Positions 9,996-20,719 of a DNA stretch of 64,000 nucleotides are shown piece by piece. The notes under the pieces were generated by a model, which was not told the DNA's origin, made no database searches, and saw nothing but the letters and a program-made list of their open reading frames with translations. Source of the stretch: Candidatus Dormiibacterota bacterium. GTDB taxonomy: Bacteria > Chloroflexota > Dormibacteria > Aeolococcales > Aeolococcaceae. Numbering within the stretch: the stretch's first letter is position 1; every line of letters starts with the position of its first letter. A program made the translations under genes and the position numbers. The DNA is taken from positions 170,547-234,546 of the forward strand of contig CAVPXI010000004.1 in NCBI GenBank assembly GCA_963709585.1, in the 5' to 3' direction.

Positions 9996-10294
9996 AGCTA
10001 TGGCTTGCCGTGGCTGTCGCCTGCGCCGGGTGTGCGGCCTTGAAGCTTGCCGGCTTTGTGGTGCCCTCGCGCCTCCTCGAATCGCCCCTGGCTCGGCGGA
10101 CTCTCGAAGCGCTGCCGGTCACCTTGCTCAGCGCGCTGATCGCGGTCTCCGTGTTCGCGACCGGCAGTCATCTGACGCTCGATTCGCGCGCCGCCGGGCT
10201 CGCGGTGGCATTGGTGCTGGTGACCATGCGGGCGCCGTTTCTCGTGGTTGTCGTAGCTGCATGCGCCACAGCCGCCGGCGTGCACGCGCTCTGA
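9992..10294 (+). CDS. azlD: AzlD family branched-chain amino acid transport protein
   Basis: 100-aa, 3-4 TM protein translationally coupled to azlC. Confidence 0.75.
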   Translation: MKLWLAVAVACAGCAALKLAGFVVPSRLLESPLARRTLEALPVTLLSALIAVSVFATGSHLTLDSRAAGLAVALVLVTMRAPFLVVVVAACATAAGVHAL

Positions 10295-10301
10295 CGCCGC
10301 G

Positions 10302-11132
10302 ATGGATGCGGCGGGATGGCGTGATGCGATGCGCGACTGGGCGCTCCCCGACGCGATCCTCGCTGCCGCGCCGGAATCGCCGTGGGGATTCGCGGTCGAG
10401 CTGTTCCGATCGCGCGCCGAACTGGCGACGGACGGAGACCTCACCTTCGCGAACCGGCGCGCGAGCGACGCCCTGCCGAAAGGAGGTACCGTCCTCGATG
10501 TCGGCGCCGGCGCCGGAGCAGCGTCGCTCCCGCTCCGGCGGCGATGCTCGCTGATCGTTGCTGTCGACTCATCCGCGGAGCAGCTGTCCGAGTTCCGTCG
10601 GCAGGCGGATCGCGCGCACGTGACGGCGCGGACGGTCGCCGGCGAGTGGCCGGCGGTGGCGAGGCGAACGCCGATCACCGATGTCGCCGTCTGCAACCAT
10701 GTCGCGTACAACGTCGCCGACCTCGCGCCGTTCGTTCTGGCGTTGACCGGTCACGCACGGCGGCGCGTCGTCATGGAGATCACCGCCCGGCATCCGACCG
10801 CGTGGATGGCCGACCTGTGGTGGCGGTTTCACGCGCTGCCTCGCCCGACTCATCCGGACGCGAACGACCTGGTGTCGGTGCTGCGCAGCCTGGGGTTGCC
10901 GGCGCGGCGGCATACCGCGATCTCGCCGCGGCGTGCGGGCGGTTTCGAGCGCCGCGAGGATGCGGTCGCATGGATTCGTCGCCGTCTGTGCCTCGACGCC
11001 GCCCGGGATGGCGACGTGGCCGCGGCGCTGGGCGAGCGCCTGGTTCACGATGGGGCGTTCTGGTCGGTCAGGCCGCCGATCGAACCCGTGGTCACGGTGT
11101 GGTGGGACGTGCGGCCTGAAATTGCGGAGTAG
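10302..11132 (+). CDS. class I SAM-dependent methyltransferase
   Basis: Motif I VLDVGAGAGAAS and a Rossmann-like fold pattern. Confidence 0.65.
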   Translation: MDAAGWRDAMRDWALPDAILAAAPESPWGFAVELFRSRAELATDGDLTFANRRASDALPKGGTVLDVGAGAGAASLPLRRRCSLIVAVDSSAEQLSEFRRQADRAHVTARTVAGEWPAVARRTPITDVAVCNHVAYNVADLAPFVLALTGHARRRVVMEITARHPTAWMADLWWRFHALPRPTHPDANDLVSVLRSLGLPARRHTAISPRRAGGFERREDAVAWIRRRLCLDAARDGDVAAALGERLVHDGAFWSVRPPIEPVVTVWWDVRPEIAE

Positions 11133-11138
11133 GGTGAA

Positions 11139-12080
11139 GTGGTGCACGATCACGGACCCAACGGGCCGCCCCCGCAGCACGTCCCGACCGATGCGGATCA
11201 GGGACCGCTGGTTGCCGCGCTGTGCCTCATCGGAATTTTCATCGCCGTCGAGGTGGTCGCCGCGGTCCTCGCCCGTTCCCTCGCCCTGCTCTCTGACGCG
11301 GCGCACATGCTCACCGACGTCGCGGCGCTCGGGGTGTCGCTGGTTGCCCTTCGTCTCGCCCAGAGGCCTCCGAAGGGCGGACTGACATTCGGCCTCAAAC
11401 GCGCCGAGGTTCTTGCGGCGCTGATCAGCGGCGCGACGCTGCTCGTGCTCGCGGCTGTGCTCGTGTTCGAGGCGGTGCTTCGCTTCGCGTCACCCGTGCC
11501 CGTGCAGGGCGGTGCGGTGATCGCGATCGCCCTGGTGGGCGTCGTCGTCAATCTCGCGGTCACCTACCAGCTCGCACACGCGAATCGCCGCAGCCTGAAC
11601 ATCGAGGCGAGCTTCCGCCACATCCTCACCGATCTGTACGCGCTGATCGGGACGCTGATCGCCGGCATCGTGATCGTGACCACCGGCTTCGAGCGTGCCG
11701 ATGCCATCGCCTCGGTGGTGGTCGCCGCGCTCATGGTGTACGCCGGCATCCGGCTGCTGGGAAAGGCCGGCCGGGTGCTCCTCGAGGCGTCTCCCGCCGA
11801 CCTCGATCCCGAGGAGATCGGGAGTGCGCTCGCCGCGCATCCGCATGTGGTCAACGTCCACGACCTCCACGTCTGGGAGCTGACCTCGGGTTTTCCGTCG
11901 CTCTCCGCCCACGTGCTGGTGCATCCCAACGACGATTGCCATGCGATCCGACTCGACCTCGAGCGATTCCTCGAGGAGCGCTTCCACGTCGAGCACACGA
12001 CCCTACAGGTCGACCATGCTCCTGCCGAGTACCTCCGGGTTGAGCGGCTGGTGCCGGATCGGGAGCGATCAGCCCGCTGA
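11139..12080 (+). CDS. cation diffusion facilitator (CDF) family transporter
   Basis: Six TM helices, HxxxD motifs (HMLTDVAA, HILTD) and a C-terminal cytoplasmic domain, CzcD-like. GTG start. Confidence 0.8.
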   Translation: MVHDHGPNGPPPQHVPTDADQGPLVAALCLIGIFIAVEVVAAVLARSLALLSDAAHMLTDVAALGVSLVALRLAQRPPKGGLTFGLKRAEVLAALISGATLLVLAAVLVFEAVLRFASPVPVQGGAVIAIALVGVVVNLAVTYQLAHANRRSLNIEASFRHILTDLYALIGTLIAGIVIVTTGFERADAIASVVVAALMVYAGIRLLGKAGRVLLEASPADLDPEEIGSALAAHPHVVNVHDLHVWELTSGFPSLSAHVLVHPNDDCHAIRLDLERFLEERFHVEHTTLQVDHAPAEYLRVERLVPDRERSAR

Positions 12081-12702
12081 GGTCGAGACAGTTACCGCTC
12101 CCGGACTGCGTAGGTCAGGTGGGTCACCCGCTGCGTCGGCTCCGCGGACCGGCTCCAGGGCCGCGCGGCCCGCGTCCACCCCCTCGAACAGGCGGATTCC
12201 GGAGCCGAACAGGACGGGTGAGAGCGCGATCGTGAACTCGTCGATCGGGCCGGCGTTCACGTACTCGAGGATCGTTGCGCCGCCGCCCGCGATGCGGACG
12301 TCCCGGTCGCCGGCGGCCTCGCGGGCCCGGTCGAGCGCGGGCTCGATGCCATCGTTGACGAAGTGGAAGGTGGTCCCGCCCGGCCGCTCCCAGGGTTCAC
12401 GCTTCTCGTGCGTCACGACGAAGACCGGCGTGTGGAACGGCGCCTCTTCCGGCCACATCTGCTCGCCGGCGTCGAACATCCGCTTGCCCATCACGTTCGC
12501 GCCGGTGCGCTCGAACGTCTCCCGCGCGATGTCGTTGTCGCGCCCTTCCTCGCCGCCCTCGCCGAGCTTCAGGTTCTCCCGGAAGAACCGTTGCGGGAAT
12601 ATCCACTGCTGCAGTTCCATCCACTGCTGCCCCCCCGAGGGACCCGGGCGCGATGAACCCGTCCAGCGACATCGACACGCTGAAGAACACCTTCCCGGCC
12701 AT
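12069..12702 (-). CDS. dihydrofolate reductase family protein (RibD C-terminal domain-like), frameshifted
   Basis: N-terminal ORF reads MAGKVFFSVSMSLDGFIAPGSLGG and the C-terminal ORF carries GKRMFD...FVVTHEK. They are reunited by deleting one C from the C7 run at 12630-12636. Confidence 0.75.
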
Positions 12703-13136
12703 CAGCCGTCAACTCCGGCGCATTCGGCGCAGACGCCGAGCACCGCGAAGTGATAGGGACGGAGCTCGAACCCGAGGCGTCGCTTGGCGCCATCGGCCAT
12801 CGCCTCGAAAAGGTCCTCGGGCGCCTCGAGGGTCGCCCCGCACACCTCGCACACCAGGTGCCCGTGGGCTTCGGTCGCCAGGTGGTACGTGGCCGCCCCA
12901 TGTCCGAGGTGGGTATGCACCACGACGCCGAGGCGCTCGAGCTCCTCGAGATTGCGATACACCGTCGAGGGGTGCACGTCCGGCGCCAGCGCCCGGACGG
13001 CGACGAGCAGCTCCTCCGCGGTCGGGTGGTCCGGCCCTTTCACGAGCGCGGTGAGCACCAGGCGACGGGCGGTGGTGACCCGGGAGCCCCCGTCCCGGAG
13101 CTGGGCGACCAATTCGTCGACGGTGCTGCTCATCAC
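12702..13136 (-). CDS. Fur family transcriptional regulator (Nur/Zur-like)
   Basis: Winged-helix N-terminal domain plus metal sites HTHLGHG...HLVCEVCG...CAEC. Divergent from a NiCoT nickel/cobalt transporter, which suggests a nickel-responsive Nur. Confidence 0.8.
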   Translation of the reverse strand: MMSSTVDELVAQLRDGGSRVTTARRLVLTALVKGPDHPTAEELLVAVRALAPDVHPSTVYRNLEELERLGVVVHTHLGHGAATYHLATEAHGHLVCEVCGATLEAPEDLFEAMADGAKRRLGFELRPYHFAVLGVCAECAGVDG

Positions 13137-13265
13137 TCAAGGATAGCCGCGACCGGCAGCCATCGCCCGGACGAAGCACCTGGCTTCTGGACGCTGTTGC
13201 GTGCTGGTCGCGTTTTGATACGCTGGGTGGGCTCCTGACGTTGAGGGAACATGAGGAGGACCACC

Positions 13266-14363
13266 ATGGCCGCGACGGCGTCTCGCCTGGCCCGGATCCG
13301 CGGCGCGCTGACCCCCCGGGAGTGGGGACGGGTCGGCGGTATGGTCGGCTTCATCATCGGCCTCTATGTCGTCGGCTGGGGCGTGTTCATCGTTGCCATC
13401 CTGCCCCAGCACTCCAAGTTCCTCGGCATCGGGGTCGCGGTGACCGCATACACGCTCGGTCTCCGGCATGCCTTTGACGCGGACCACATCTCGGCCATCG
13501 ACAACACCACCCGCAAGCTGATGTCCGAAGGCAAGCGCCCGCTCTCCGTGGGCTTCTGGTTCTCGCTCGGCCATTCGTCGGTCGTGTTCGGCCTCGGGAT
13601 CGGCCTGACCTTCGCGGCGCGGGCGATCATCGGTCAGCTCAGCAGCTCGAATTCGACGGTCGCGTCCTTTGGAGGGATCATCGGCACGCTCGTGTCGGGC
13701 ACGTTCCTGTACCTGATCGCCTTCCTCAACCTGGTGATCCTGGTCGGGATCGTGAAGGTCTTCCTCGAGATGCGCCGCGGTCGCTACAACGACGAGGAGC
13801 TCGAGCAGCAGCTCAACGCACGCGGGCTGATGACGCGCTTCTTCGGCAAGCTGATGCGGTCGATCCGCAAGCCGTGGCAGATGTACCCGGTCGGCGTGCT
13901 CTTCGGACTTGGATTCGACACCGCAACCGAGGTGGCGCTCCTGGCGGCCACCGCCGGTGCCGCCACAGCCGGACTTCCGTGGTACGCGGTGCTGAGCCTG
14001 CCGATCCTCTTCGCCGCCGGCATGGCCACACTCGACACGCTCGACGGCTCGTTCATGAACTTCGCGTACGGGTGGGCGTTCTCGAAGCCGGTGCGCAAGG
14101 TCTACTACAACATCACCATCACCGGGCTGTCGGTCGCGGTGGCGATGCTCATCGGCACCATCGAGATCTTCGGGCTGCTGGCGGCTCAGCTTAATCTCTC
14201 CGGTGGCTTCTGGGCCTTCATGTCCGGCTTCAACATCAACGAGGCCGGCTTCATCATCGTCGGCTTGTTCGTGATCACCTGGGCGGCGGCGCTCGCCATA
14301 TGGCGGTTCGGGCGCATCGAACAGCGCTGGGAACGCGCCGCGGCGCGGCAGCGATCGCGCTGA
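13266..14363 (+). CDS. HoxN/HupN/NixA (NiCoT) family nickel/cobalt transporter
   Basis: Signature HAFDADHISAIDN and GLGFDTATEVALL with 8 TM segments. GAGGAGG SD precedes the ATG at 13266. Confidence 0.85.
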   Translation: MAATASRLARIRGALTPREWGRVGGMVGFIIGLYVVGWGVFIVAILPQHSKFLGIGVAVTAYTLGLRHAFDADHISAIDNTTRKLMSEGKRPLSVGFWFSLGHSSVVFGLGIGLTFAARAIIGQLSSSNSTVASFGGIIGTLVSGTFLYLIAFLNLVILVGIVKVFLEMRRGRYNDEELEQQLNARGLMTRFFGKLMRSIRKPWQMYPVGVLFGLGFDTATEVALLAATAGAATAGLPWYAVLSLPILFAAGMATLDTLDGSFMNFAYGWAFSKPVRKVYYNITITGLSVAVAMLIGTIEIFGLLAAQLNLSGGFWAFMSGFNINEAGFIIVGLFVITWAAALAIWRFGRIEQRWERAAARQRSR

Positions 14364-14370
14364 CGCGCGC

Positions 14371-16909
14371 TTACTCGGTGGTGATCGCCCGAAGGATGTC
14401 GATTCGCGATGCGCGGATCGTCGGGAAGATGGCGGCGACGACACCGAAGACTCCCGCGATGACCGCGTAGATGATCAGGTTCTGGCCGGGGATCGCGATC
14501 TCGGTGATCCCGAGGTCGTGCAACGACCCGCTCACCGCGACGCCGAGTCCGAGCCCGACGGCCAGCCCGAGCACCGCTCCGAGCAGCGAGATGATCACCG
14601 ACTCCCAGCGCACCATCGAACGCGTCTGTGACCTTGTCATTCCCAGCGCTCGCAACAGGCCGATCTCGCGGGTACGCTCGAGAACACTCAGGATCAGCGT
14701 GTTCGCAATTCCCAGGACGGCGATGATGATCGCAAATGCGAGCAGGGTGTAGATCAGGTTGAGGAAGCTGTCCAGCGACGCCCCGACGAAGGTACGGTAC
14801 TCGGAGCGGCTCATCGCCATCAGCAGCGGAAATGCCTTCACATCCTGGTGGAGCGCCCGCTCCGCCTGAACTCGATGACACGCCGTTCGCGGCGTTGGCA
14901 AGCACGATTGAGTCACGCTCTGTAGGCACGTTTGGTGCCATCGTTGCGAGCGAGACCACATAGCCGCTGACCAGAGCGTTGGCGGTGTAGATGCCTCCGA
15001 TGCGAACGGGGATGCTCGCGCCCTGCGGGAAGTTGAAGGTCACGAGCTGACCGATGTGCACACCGGAGGCGTTCGCCTCGGTGGAGTCGACGATCGCCGT
15101 GTTCGTCGAGGCGACCGAGGACGCCGTTCCCGACACCATGCTCAGCGACAGCACGCTGCCGAGGTTGGCCGGATCGATGGCGGCGATGCCCTGCGAACTG
15201 CCCTTGATGATCACCGATGTGCCGCGGACCTCGGTCACATCCCGAAGGCTCGGATCCTTCTGCAATGCCTGCGCCGCCTGCGTGTTGAAGTCCGGGCCCT
15301 GGGTGAACACGATGAAGTCGGCGCGAAAGGCGCCTTCGATCGCATCGTTGGTGGAGACACGAACCGAGTCGGTGAGCACCGCGACGCATGTGACCAGCGC
15401 AAGGCCGATCATCAGCGCAGCTGCGGTGAGCGCTGTGCGGCGCGGATTGCGCCGAGCGTTCTGACCGGCGAGTATTCCGGGCGCTCCGCGAATGCGCGCC
15501 ACCGGCCATCCAAGCACGGTCGCGACCGGCACGACCAGCACTGGGGCAAGCAGCGCAACGCCGAGGAAGACTCCGAGAAAACCGGCGCCGATGAGCTGCA
15601 ACTTCGAACCCGCGGAGGTGAAGAGCCCGATGACCAGCGCGGCGCACCCGACGACGAAGATCACCACGCCGACCGCGATCCGGCGTCGCGGCAGGGGTTG
15701 GGTCTCGGGGAGTGCCTCTGACAGGGCGGCGACCGGCGGGATGCGCGTCGCACGCCGTGCCGGGAGGCTCGCCGCGATGACGGTGACGATGGTGCCGACG
15801 AGCACCGCGATGATGACGGTGCGAGGGAGCAGCGTCACGCCGCCGGTCGAGGCCGAGCCGAACACCGACAGCAGCGCTCGCGCAATCAGAATTCCGACAA
15901 GGAAGCCGAGGATTGACGCCACCAGCCCGGTCACCGCCGCCTCGACAAGCACCGACGTCATCACCTGGGCTCGAGTTGCACCGAGCGCACGCAGCAACGC
16001 CAGTTCGCGGGTGCGCTGGGCAACGAGGATGTTGAAGGTGTTGATGATCAGAAAGCTGCCGACGAACAGCGAGATGAAGGCAAAGACGAGGAGCGGTGTC
16101 CCGATGAACGTGCTGATCGTCGACTCGGTGCTCTGCTCCGCCGCCGCCGCCGCCTGCTGCCCCGTCTCCGCCACTGCGTACGTGGGAAGTGCTGCGGCGA
16201 TGTGCTCTCGGAGCACGACGTCCGTCACGCCGCTCTGCGCGCTGACCAGGATGCTGTCGTACTTGTTCTGACCTTCGAGGACGCGCTGCGCGGTCGACTC
16301 CGTGAACAGCGCGATGGTTGCCCCGGCAAGGTTGTCGGAAGATCCGTAGCCGGCGAGGCCGGTGATCGTGAAGTGCTCCTCGACTCCTCCCAGGAACACG
16401 ATGGGCAGCGACTGTCCGACTGCGAGGCCGTTCTTCGCGGCGGTGCCGGCATCCACGACGACATCATTCGGCTGCGTCGGTGCCGTGCCGCTGCGCAGGC
16501 GATACGGCGAGATCGCACTATCGGTGATCCAGTTGGCGCCGAAGGTTGGAGGCCCGTTGCCGCCGATCGGCTTGCCGTCGTGCCCGATCAGCGTCGCACC
16601 CTCTCGAAAGAGACTGCCGACCGCATCGTTGACGCCGGGTACCGCCCGCACCGTGGCCAGCAGCGAGGTCGGAATCGGATGGTTCTGGCCGCCGCCGATG
16701 CCACCTGAATCACCGGCGATCGGGCGACCGTGCACCGTCACCGCGACACCGGCGTTCGCCGTGGCGAAGATGCTCGTGAACGTCGCGTTGATCGTGTCGG
16801 TGAGGATGAACGTCCCCGCCACGAATGACACGCCGAGGATGACGGCAATCGTGGTGAGCGCGAGGCGGAGCTTGTGCGAGAGCAGGCTTCGCAGACTGAT
16901 CCCGATCAT
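14371..16909 (-). CDS. ABC transporter permease with two FtsX domains (MacB/YknZ-like), frameshifted
   Basis: N-terminal FtsX domain (LVAQRTRELALLRALGATRAQ) is in the 16909 frame. The second FtsX domain (LSVLERTREIGLLRALGMTRSQ...FPTIRASRIDILRAI) is in the 14961 frame. They join near 14856-14858 (CCC/GGG run). The tail of the 907-aa ORF is out-of-frame junk. Confidence 0.8.
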
Positions 16910-16930
16910 GGTCAGCGCTCGGCGATGGCG

Positions 16931-17704
16931 TCAGTCACCGAGGTGACGCATGACGTCGAGCACGCTGTCGGCCGTTGGTCCGTGCATCTCGCTGACCACG
17001 CGACCGTCGGCCAGGAACACCACGCGATCCGCGTGCGCGGCGGCGAGGGGATCGTGGGTGACCATGATGATCGTCTGTCCCAACTCGGTCACGGCGTGGC
17101 GGAGAAAGTCGAGCAGGTCCGTGCTCGCGCGTGAGTCGAGGTTGCCGGTCGGCTCGTCGGCGAAGATGATCTCCGGCCGGCTGGCAAGCGCGCGGGCGGC
17201 GGCGACGCGCTGCTGCTGCCCTCCGGAGAGCTCGTTGGGGCGGTGCTTGAGCCGGTCACCCAGGCCGGTGATGCGCACCACCTCGGCGAGCGCCGCCGCA
17301 TCGGGTTTCTGTCCGGCGATGGTGAGCGGCAGCACGATGTTGTCGAGTGCGGAGAGCGTCGGGACCAGGTTGAACGACTGAAAGATGAAGCCGACCCGCA
17401 CGCGTCGCAGCAGGGTGAGCTGGCGGTCGTTGAGGCTGCCCAGCTCGATATCGCCGATGTGAACGGTTCCCGAGGTCAGGCGATCGAGGCCGGCGATGCA
17501 ATGCAGCAGGGTGGATTTGCCCGACCCGGACGGCCCCATGATCGCGCTGAACCGGCTCTTGTCGAATCCGACCGTGATGCCGTCGAGCGCACGCACCATG
17601 GCGTCGCCCTTGCCGTATTCCTTGACCGCATCGGTGGTTCGAGCCGCGATGGGACTGGCATCCGCCGCCGTCGTCGTCGCCCCTGCGGTGGTGATCGCCG
17701 CCAT
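16931..17704 (-). CDS. ABC transporter ATP-binding protein (MacB/LolD-type)
   Basis: Walker A GPSGSGKST, signature LSGGQQQRVAAARAL and Walker B IIFADEPTGNLD. Lies upstream of, and in the same operon as, the FtsX permease. Confidence 0.85.
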   Translation of the reverse strand: MAAITTAGATTTAADASPIAARTTDAVKEYGKGDAMVRALDGITVGFDKSRFSAIMGPSGSGKSTLLHCIAGLDRLTSGTVHIGDIELGSLNDRQLTLLRRVRVGFIFQSFNLVPTLSALDNIVLPLTIAGQKPDAAALAEVVRITGLGDRLKHRPNELSGGQQQRVAAARALASRPEIIFADEPTGNLDSRASTDLLDFLRHAVTELGQTIIMVTHDPLAAAHADRVVFLADGRVVSEMHGPTADSVLDVMRHLGD

Positions 17705-17740
17705 TGGGTGCCAGGGTAGACGAAGTTCGGGTTCGCGCCG

Positions 17741-18802
17741 ATGGAGCCCGTATCATGTCGATCCGTGGGGGATACGGAGGGGGGATCGAAGCTCGAGGTC
17801 GGCGATCCGCGCCGGCGGCAGCTCGGCGTCGCTGCATTCGGCACGCTCGCCGTCGCCGCGATCTTCCTGGTCTTTGCTCTCTCGGTCAAGCAGGTTCGCG
17901 TGCTGGATCACCACGCTCCCTGGCGCGATGACCCCTATGACGCAGTTGTGTCCTTCGTCGTGTTCTTCGTCCCGCTGACGGCGGCGCTGGGGATCGTGAG
18001 GATCTCGCTCTGGCGCAGCAGTCGGCCCCTCGCGGTCGCGCGGGTGACCAGCGTGATGCGCGGCGGTCGGGTGCTCATCGGCACGATGCTCCTCACCGTG
18101 CTCTCGGACTGGACCAGCGTCGCCCTGCAAGCGAATCACGCCCACTGGAACGGCACGACGGAATCGGACATTGCGTTGCTCGCGGCGATGACATTGCTGG
18201 TGATCGCCGCGGGAGTCGTGCATCTCCGGGCGTCGCGTCTTGTCCGTGACCTTCGCGATGGATCGCAGCGGACCGATTGGTTCAACGACCTCGTCGCGGC
18301 GGTGGAGCTCCATGCCGGTCGGCTGGGTCCGCTCAAGGTGCTCGGCGTCCAGGTCACCCGCGGGCTCGATCGCCAGGTAGTCGGCGCTCTCCGCCGGCGT
18401 CCGGTGACAGCGGCGATCGTTTGCGCATTGCTGTTCGGCGTTTCCCTGGCCCTCAACACGTTGCTCCGGGCCGGCCCTGGGCCGGCGATCTGGCTCGACG
18501 TCGCAGTCGGGGGCAGCGGGATGTTCGCGTTCCTGGTGGCGGCTGGCGCGTATCTGGGCCTGGTGGGAGCAAACCGCCCGGCGGCGGGGGCGCGCCGCCG
18601 GATCATCGATGCCGCGGTGATCGGATGCGCCTCCGTTCCCGTGACACTCGCCTTTCGCGACTGGCTCTGGTGGATCGTCGGGGCATCCTCGGGAGGATCG
18701 GATCGCCTGGCCAGGTTGCTCCTCACCGTGGCGGTGGCCACTGCGCTGATCGTCCTCGCGAGCGAGGCCGTCTTCCGGGTGCATCCTGCCCGCACGGCCT
18801 GA
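17741..18802 (+). CDS. hypothetical integral membrane protein
   Basis: 353-aa ORF with at least 8 hydrophobic segments and no recognised domain. The overlapping 672-aa minus-strand ORF is Arg-rich and is rejected. Confidence 0.45.
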   Translation: MEPVSCRSVGDTEGGSKLEVGDPRRRQLGVAAFGTLAVAAIFLVFALSVKQVRVLDHHAPWRDDPYDAVVSFVVFFVPLTAALGIVRISLWRSSRPLAVARVTSVMRGGRVLIGTMLLTVLSDWTSVALQANHAHWNGTTESDIALLAAMTLLVIAAGVVHLRASRLVRDLRDGSQRTDWFNDLVAAVELHAGRLGPLKVLGVQVTRGLDRQVVGALRRRPVTAAIVCALLFGVSLALNTLLRAGPGPAIWLDVAVGGSGMFAFLVAAGAYLGLVGANRPAAGARRRIIDAAVIGCASVPVTLAFRDWLWWIVGASSGGSDRLARLLLTVAVATALIVLASEAVFRVHPARTA

Positions 18803-18841
18803 GCGCGTCCCTGTCCGGGGAGCGCTTGCTAGAGTGGATTC

Positions 18842-19531
18842 GTGACCGGGGCCGAACTTCCCATCGGCGAGCGGAAGGCGCGAGCCGTCGAGGAGATGTT
18901 CGACCGGATCGCGCCGCGCTACGAGCTGGTGAACCGTGTGATGACGCTCGGGCTCGACGCTGGCTGGCGGCGTCGGGCAGTGCGCGAGCTGCACCTGGAC
19001 CCGGGGGCGCGGGTGGTCGACCTCGGCTGCGGGACCGGCGATCTCTGCAGGGGCCTCGGACGCGCCGGGCTCCGCGCGGTTGGGGTTGACGTGGCCGCGG
19101 AAATGCTCGCTCGGGCACACACCTCGGCTCCCCTGGTGCGCGCCGATGCCCTGCAGCTCCCCATCGCCGACGCATCCGTCGACGGCGCGATCAGCGGCTT
19201 CGCGCTGCGCAACGTGGTCGACATCGGCGCGTGCTTGGGCGAGGCGGCGCGGGTGATCCGCCCGGGCGGCCGCGCCGTCTTCCTTGAAGTGTCGGAGCCA
19301 CCGAGCCCGCTGGTTCGCCGCGCGCACGCGCTGTACTTCCGGAGGATCGTCCCCATGATCGGCGGACTGCTCTCCGACCGGCGGGCATATCAGTACCTGC
19401 CCGCGTCGACCGCATACCTGCCATCGCCGGACCAACTCCTCCGCCTGCTGTCCGATGCCGGGTTTGTCCGCTGCCATCGGGTGCAGCTGGGTGCCGGCGC
19501 CGCGCAACTGCTCATCGGGACCCGGCGGTGA
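18842..19531 (+). CDS. menG: demethylmenaquinone methyltransferase (UbiE/MenG family)
   Basis: FDRIAPRYELVNRVMTLGLDAGWRR and SAM motif VVDLGCGTGD. GTG start. First gene of the men cluster. Confidence 0.85.
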   Translation: MTGAELPIGERKARAVEEMFDRIAPRYELVNRVMTLGLDAGWRRRAVRELHLDPGARVVDLGCGTGDLCRGLGRAGLRAVGVDVAAEMLARAHTSAPLVRADALQLPIADASVDGAISGFALRNVVDIGACLGEAARVIRPGGRAVFLEVSEPPSPLVRRAHALYFRRIVPMIGGLLSDRRAYQYLPASTAYLPSPDQLLRLLSDAGFVRCHRVQLGAGAAQLLIGTRR

Positions 19532-20712
19532 GCGCGATCCGCCAGGCGCCCGATCTGCCGGCCGCGTCGACAGCACGCGATCTCTTCGAGCTGTACCGCG
19601 AGGACACTGGTGTTGTCCTTCGGCACGGCGCCGACGGTCTTGCCGCAGCGAGCGATTCTCGAGGGATCCACGTGGACGCGGGACCGGATCACGTGCGACG
19701 AGCGGCGGCGCTCGTGCAGACCGCCCTCGACGGGACGGCCGGTCTCGGGATTGCCATGGGCGCTCTGCCATTCGAGGGCAGCTGCGACGCGGTCATCCGT
19801 CTGCCTGAGCGGGTGATCCGGGGGGCGCCGTTCCACGGCGAGATCGCGCCGCAGCCCTTATGGGCGATCACCGCGCTCATACCGGAACCGCTGCCGGTCG
19901 AGTACGAAGCCGCGGTTGAGCGCGCGCTCGAGGCGATCGACGCGGGCGAGGTCGACAAGGTGGTCCTCGCCCGAACCCTGCTGGTGGAAGCGGACGCGCC
20001 GATCGATCCGCGTCTGCTCGCGCGGCGCTTCAACGCGGAGGAGCCTGGATCCTTCGTGTTTCTTGTGGCGCTCCCCGGAGGCAAGTCGCACCTGGTCGGC
20101 GCGTCGCCTGAACTCGTCATCCGGCGCAGGGGGCGGAAGGTTTTCAGCGATCCGCTGGCCGGCACGGCTCGCAGATCGCGGGATCGGGCTCGGGATCAGG
20201 AGATCGCCCGGCAACTGTTCGACGCCGTCAAGGAGCAGCGCGAGCATCGCTTGGTCGTGGAGGCAGTCGCGGACGCGATGGCGCCGTTCTGCTCGAAGCT
20301 CGTCGTCGATGGTGAGGCGAGCCTTACCTCGACGGCGACGCTCTGGCATCTCCACACCGCGATCAAGGGGACGCTCAATCCGGAGGCACCCGATGCACTG
20401 ACCATCGCCGCGGCTCTGCACCCCACCCCGGCGGTGTGCGGCACGCCGCAGGCTGCTGCAGCTGCGCTGATCGGCCGCCTCGAGCCCTTCAACCGCCGTT
20501 TCTTCGCGGGCCTCGTGGGTTGGGTCGATGCGCAGGGCGATGGGGAGTGGGCCTTGACCCTGCGGTGCGCGGAGGTCTCGGGATCCACGGCGCGGCTGCA
20601 CGCGGGCGCCGGCATCGTGGCGGGATCCGAGCCTGCGTCCGAGGAACTCGAGACCGAGGCGAAGTTCGGCGTCGGATTGCGAGCGCTCGGGGTGGAACCG
20701 CCTCAGACCTGA
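19528..20712 (+). CDS. menF: isochorismate synthase (menaquinone-specific)
   Basis: Chorismate-binding family C-terminal motifs (PTPAVCGTP, RRFFAGLVGW). ATGA overlap with menG. Confidence 0.8.
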   Translation: MSAIRQAPDLPAASTARDLFELYREDTGVVLRHGADGLAAASDSRGIHVDAGPDHVRRAAALVQTALDGTAGLGIAMGALPFEGSCDAVIRLPERVIRGAPFHGEIAPQPLWAITALIPEPLPVEYEAAVERALEAIDAGEVDKVVLARTLLVEADAPIDPRLLARRFNAEEPGSFVFLVALPGGKSHLVGASPELVIRRRGRKVFSDPLAGTARRSRDRARDQEIARQLFDAVKEQREHRLVVEAVADAMAPFCSKLVVDGEASLTSTATLWHLHTAIKGTLNPEAPDALTIAAALHPTPAVCGTPQAAAAALIGRLEPFNRRFFAGLVGWVDAQGDGEWALTLRCAEVSGSTARLHAGAGIVAGSEPASEELETEAKFGVGLRALGVEPPQT

Positions 20713-20719
20713 GCGCGGC

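Noticed and set aside
13137-14444. 435-aa minus-strand ORF opposite the NiCoT transporter
   Set aside because: Low-complexity Arg/Glu/Asp-rich sequence. The NiCoT signature motifs are on the plus strand.
14186-14870. C-terminal roughly 230 codons of the 907-aa FtsX ORF
   Set aside because: Out-of-frame read-through after the homopolymer indel. The genuine second FtsX domain is encoded in the 14371..14961 frame.
17753-19771. 672-aa minus-strand ORF spanning the membrane protein gene, menG and menF
   Set aside because: Extremely Arg/Pro-rich with no domains. menG and menF on the plus strand are unambiguous.
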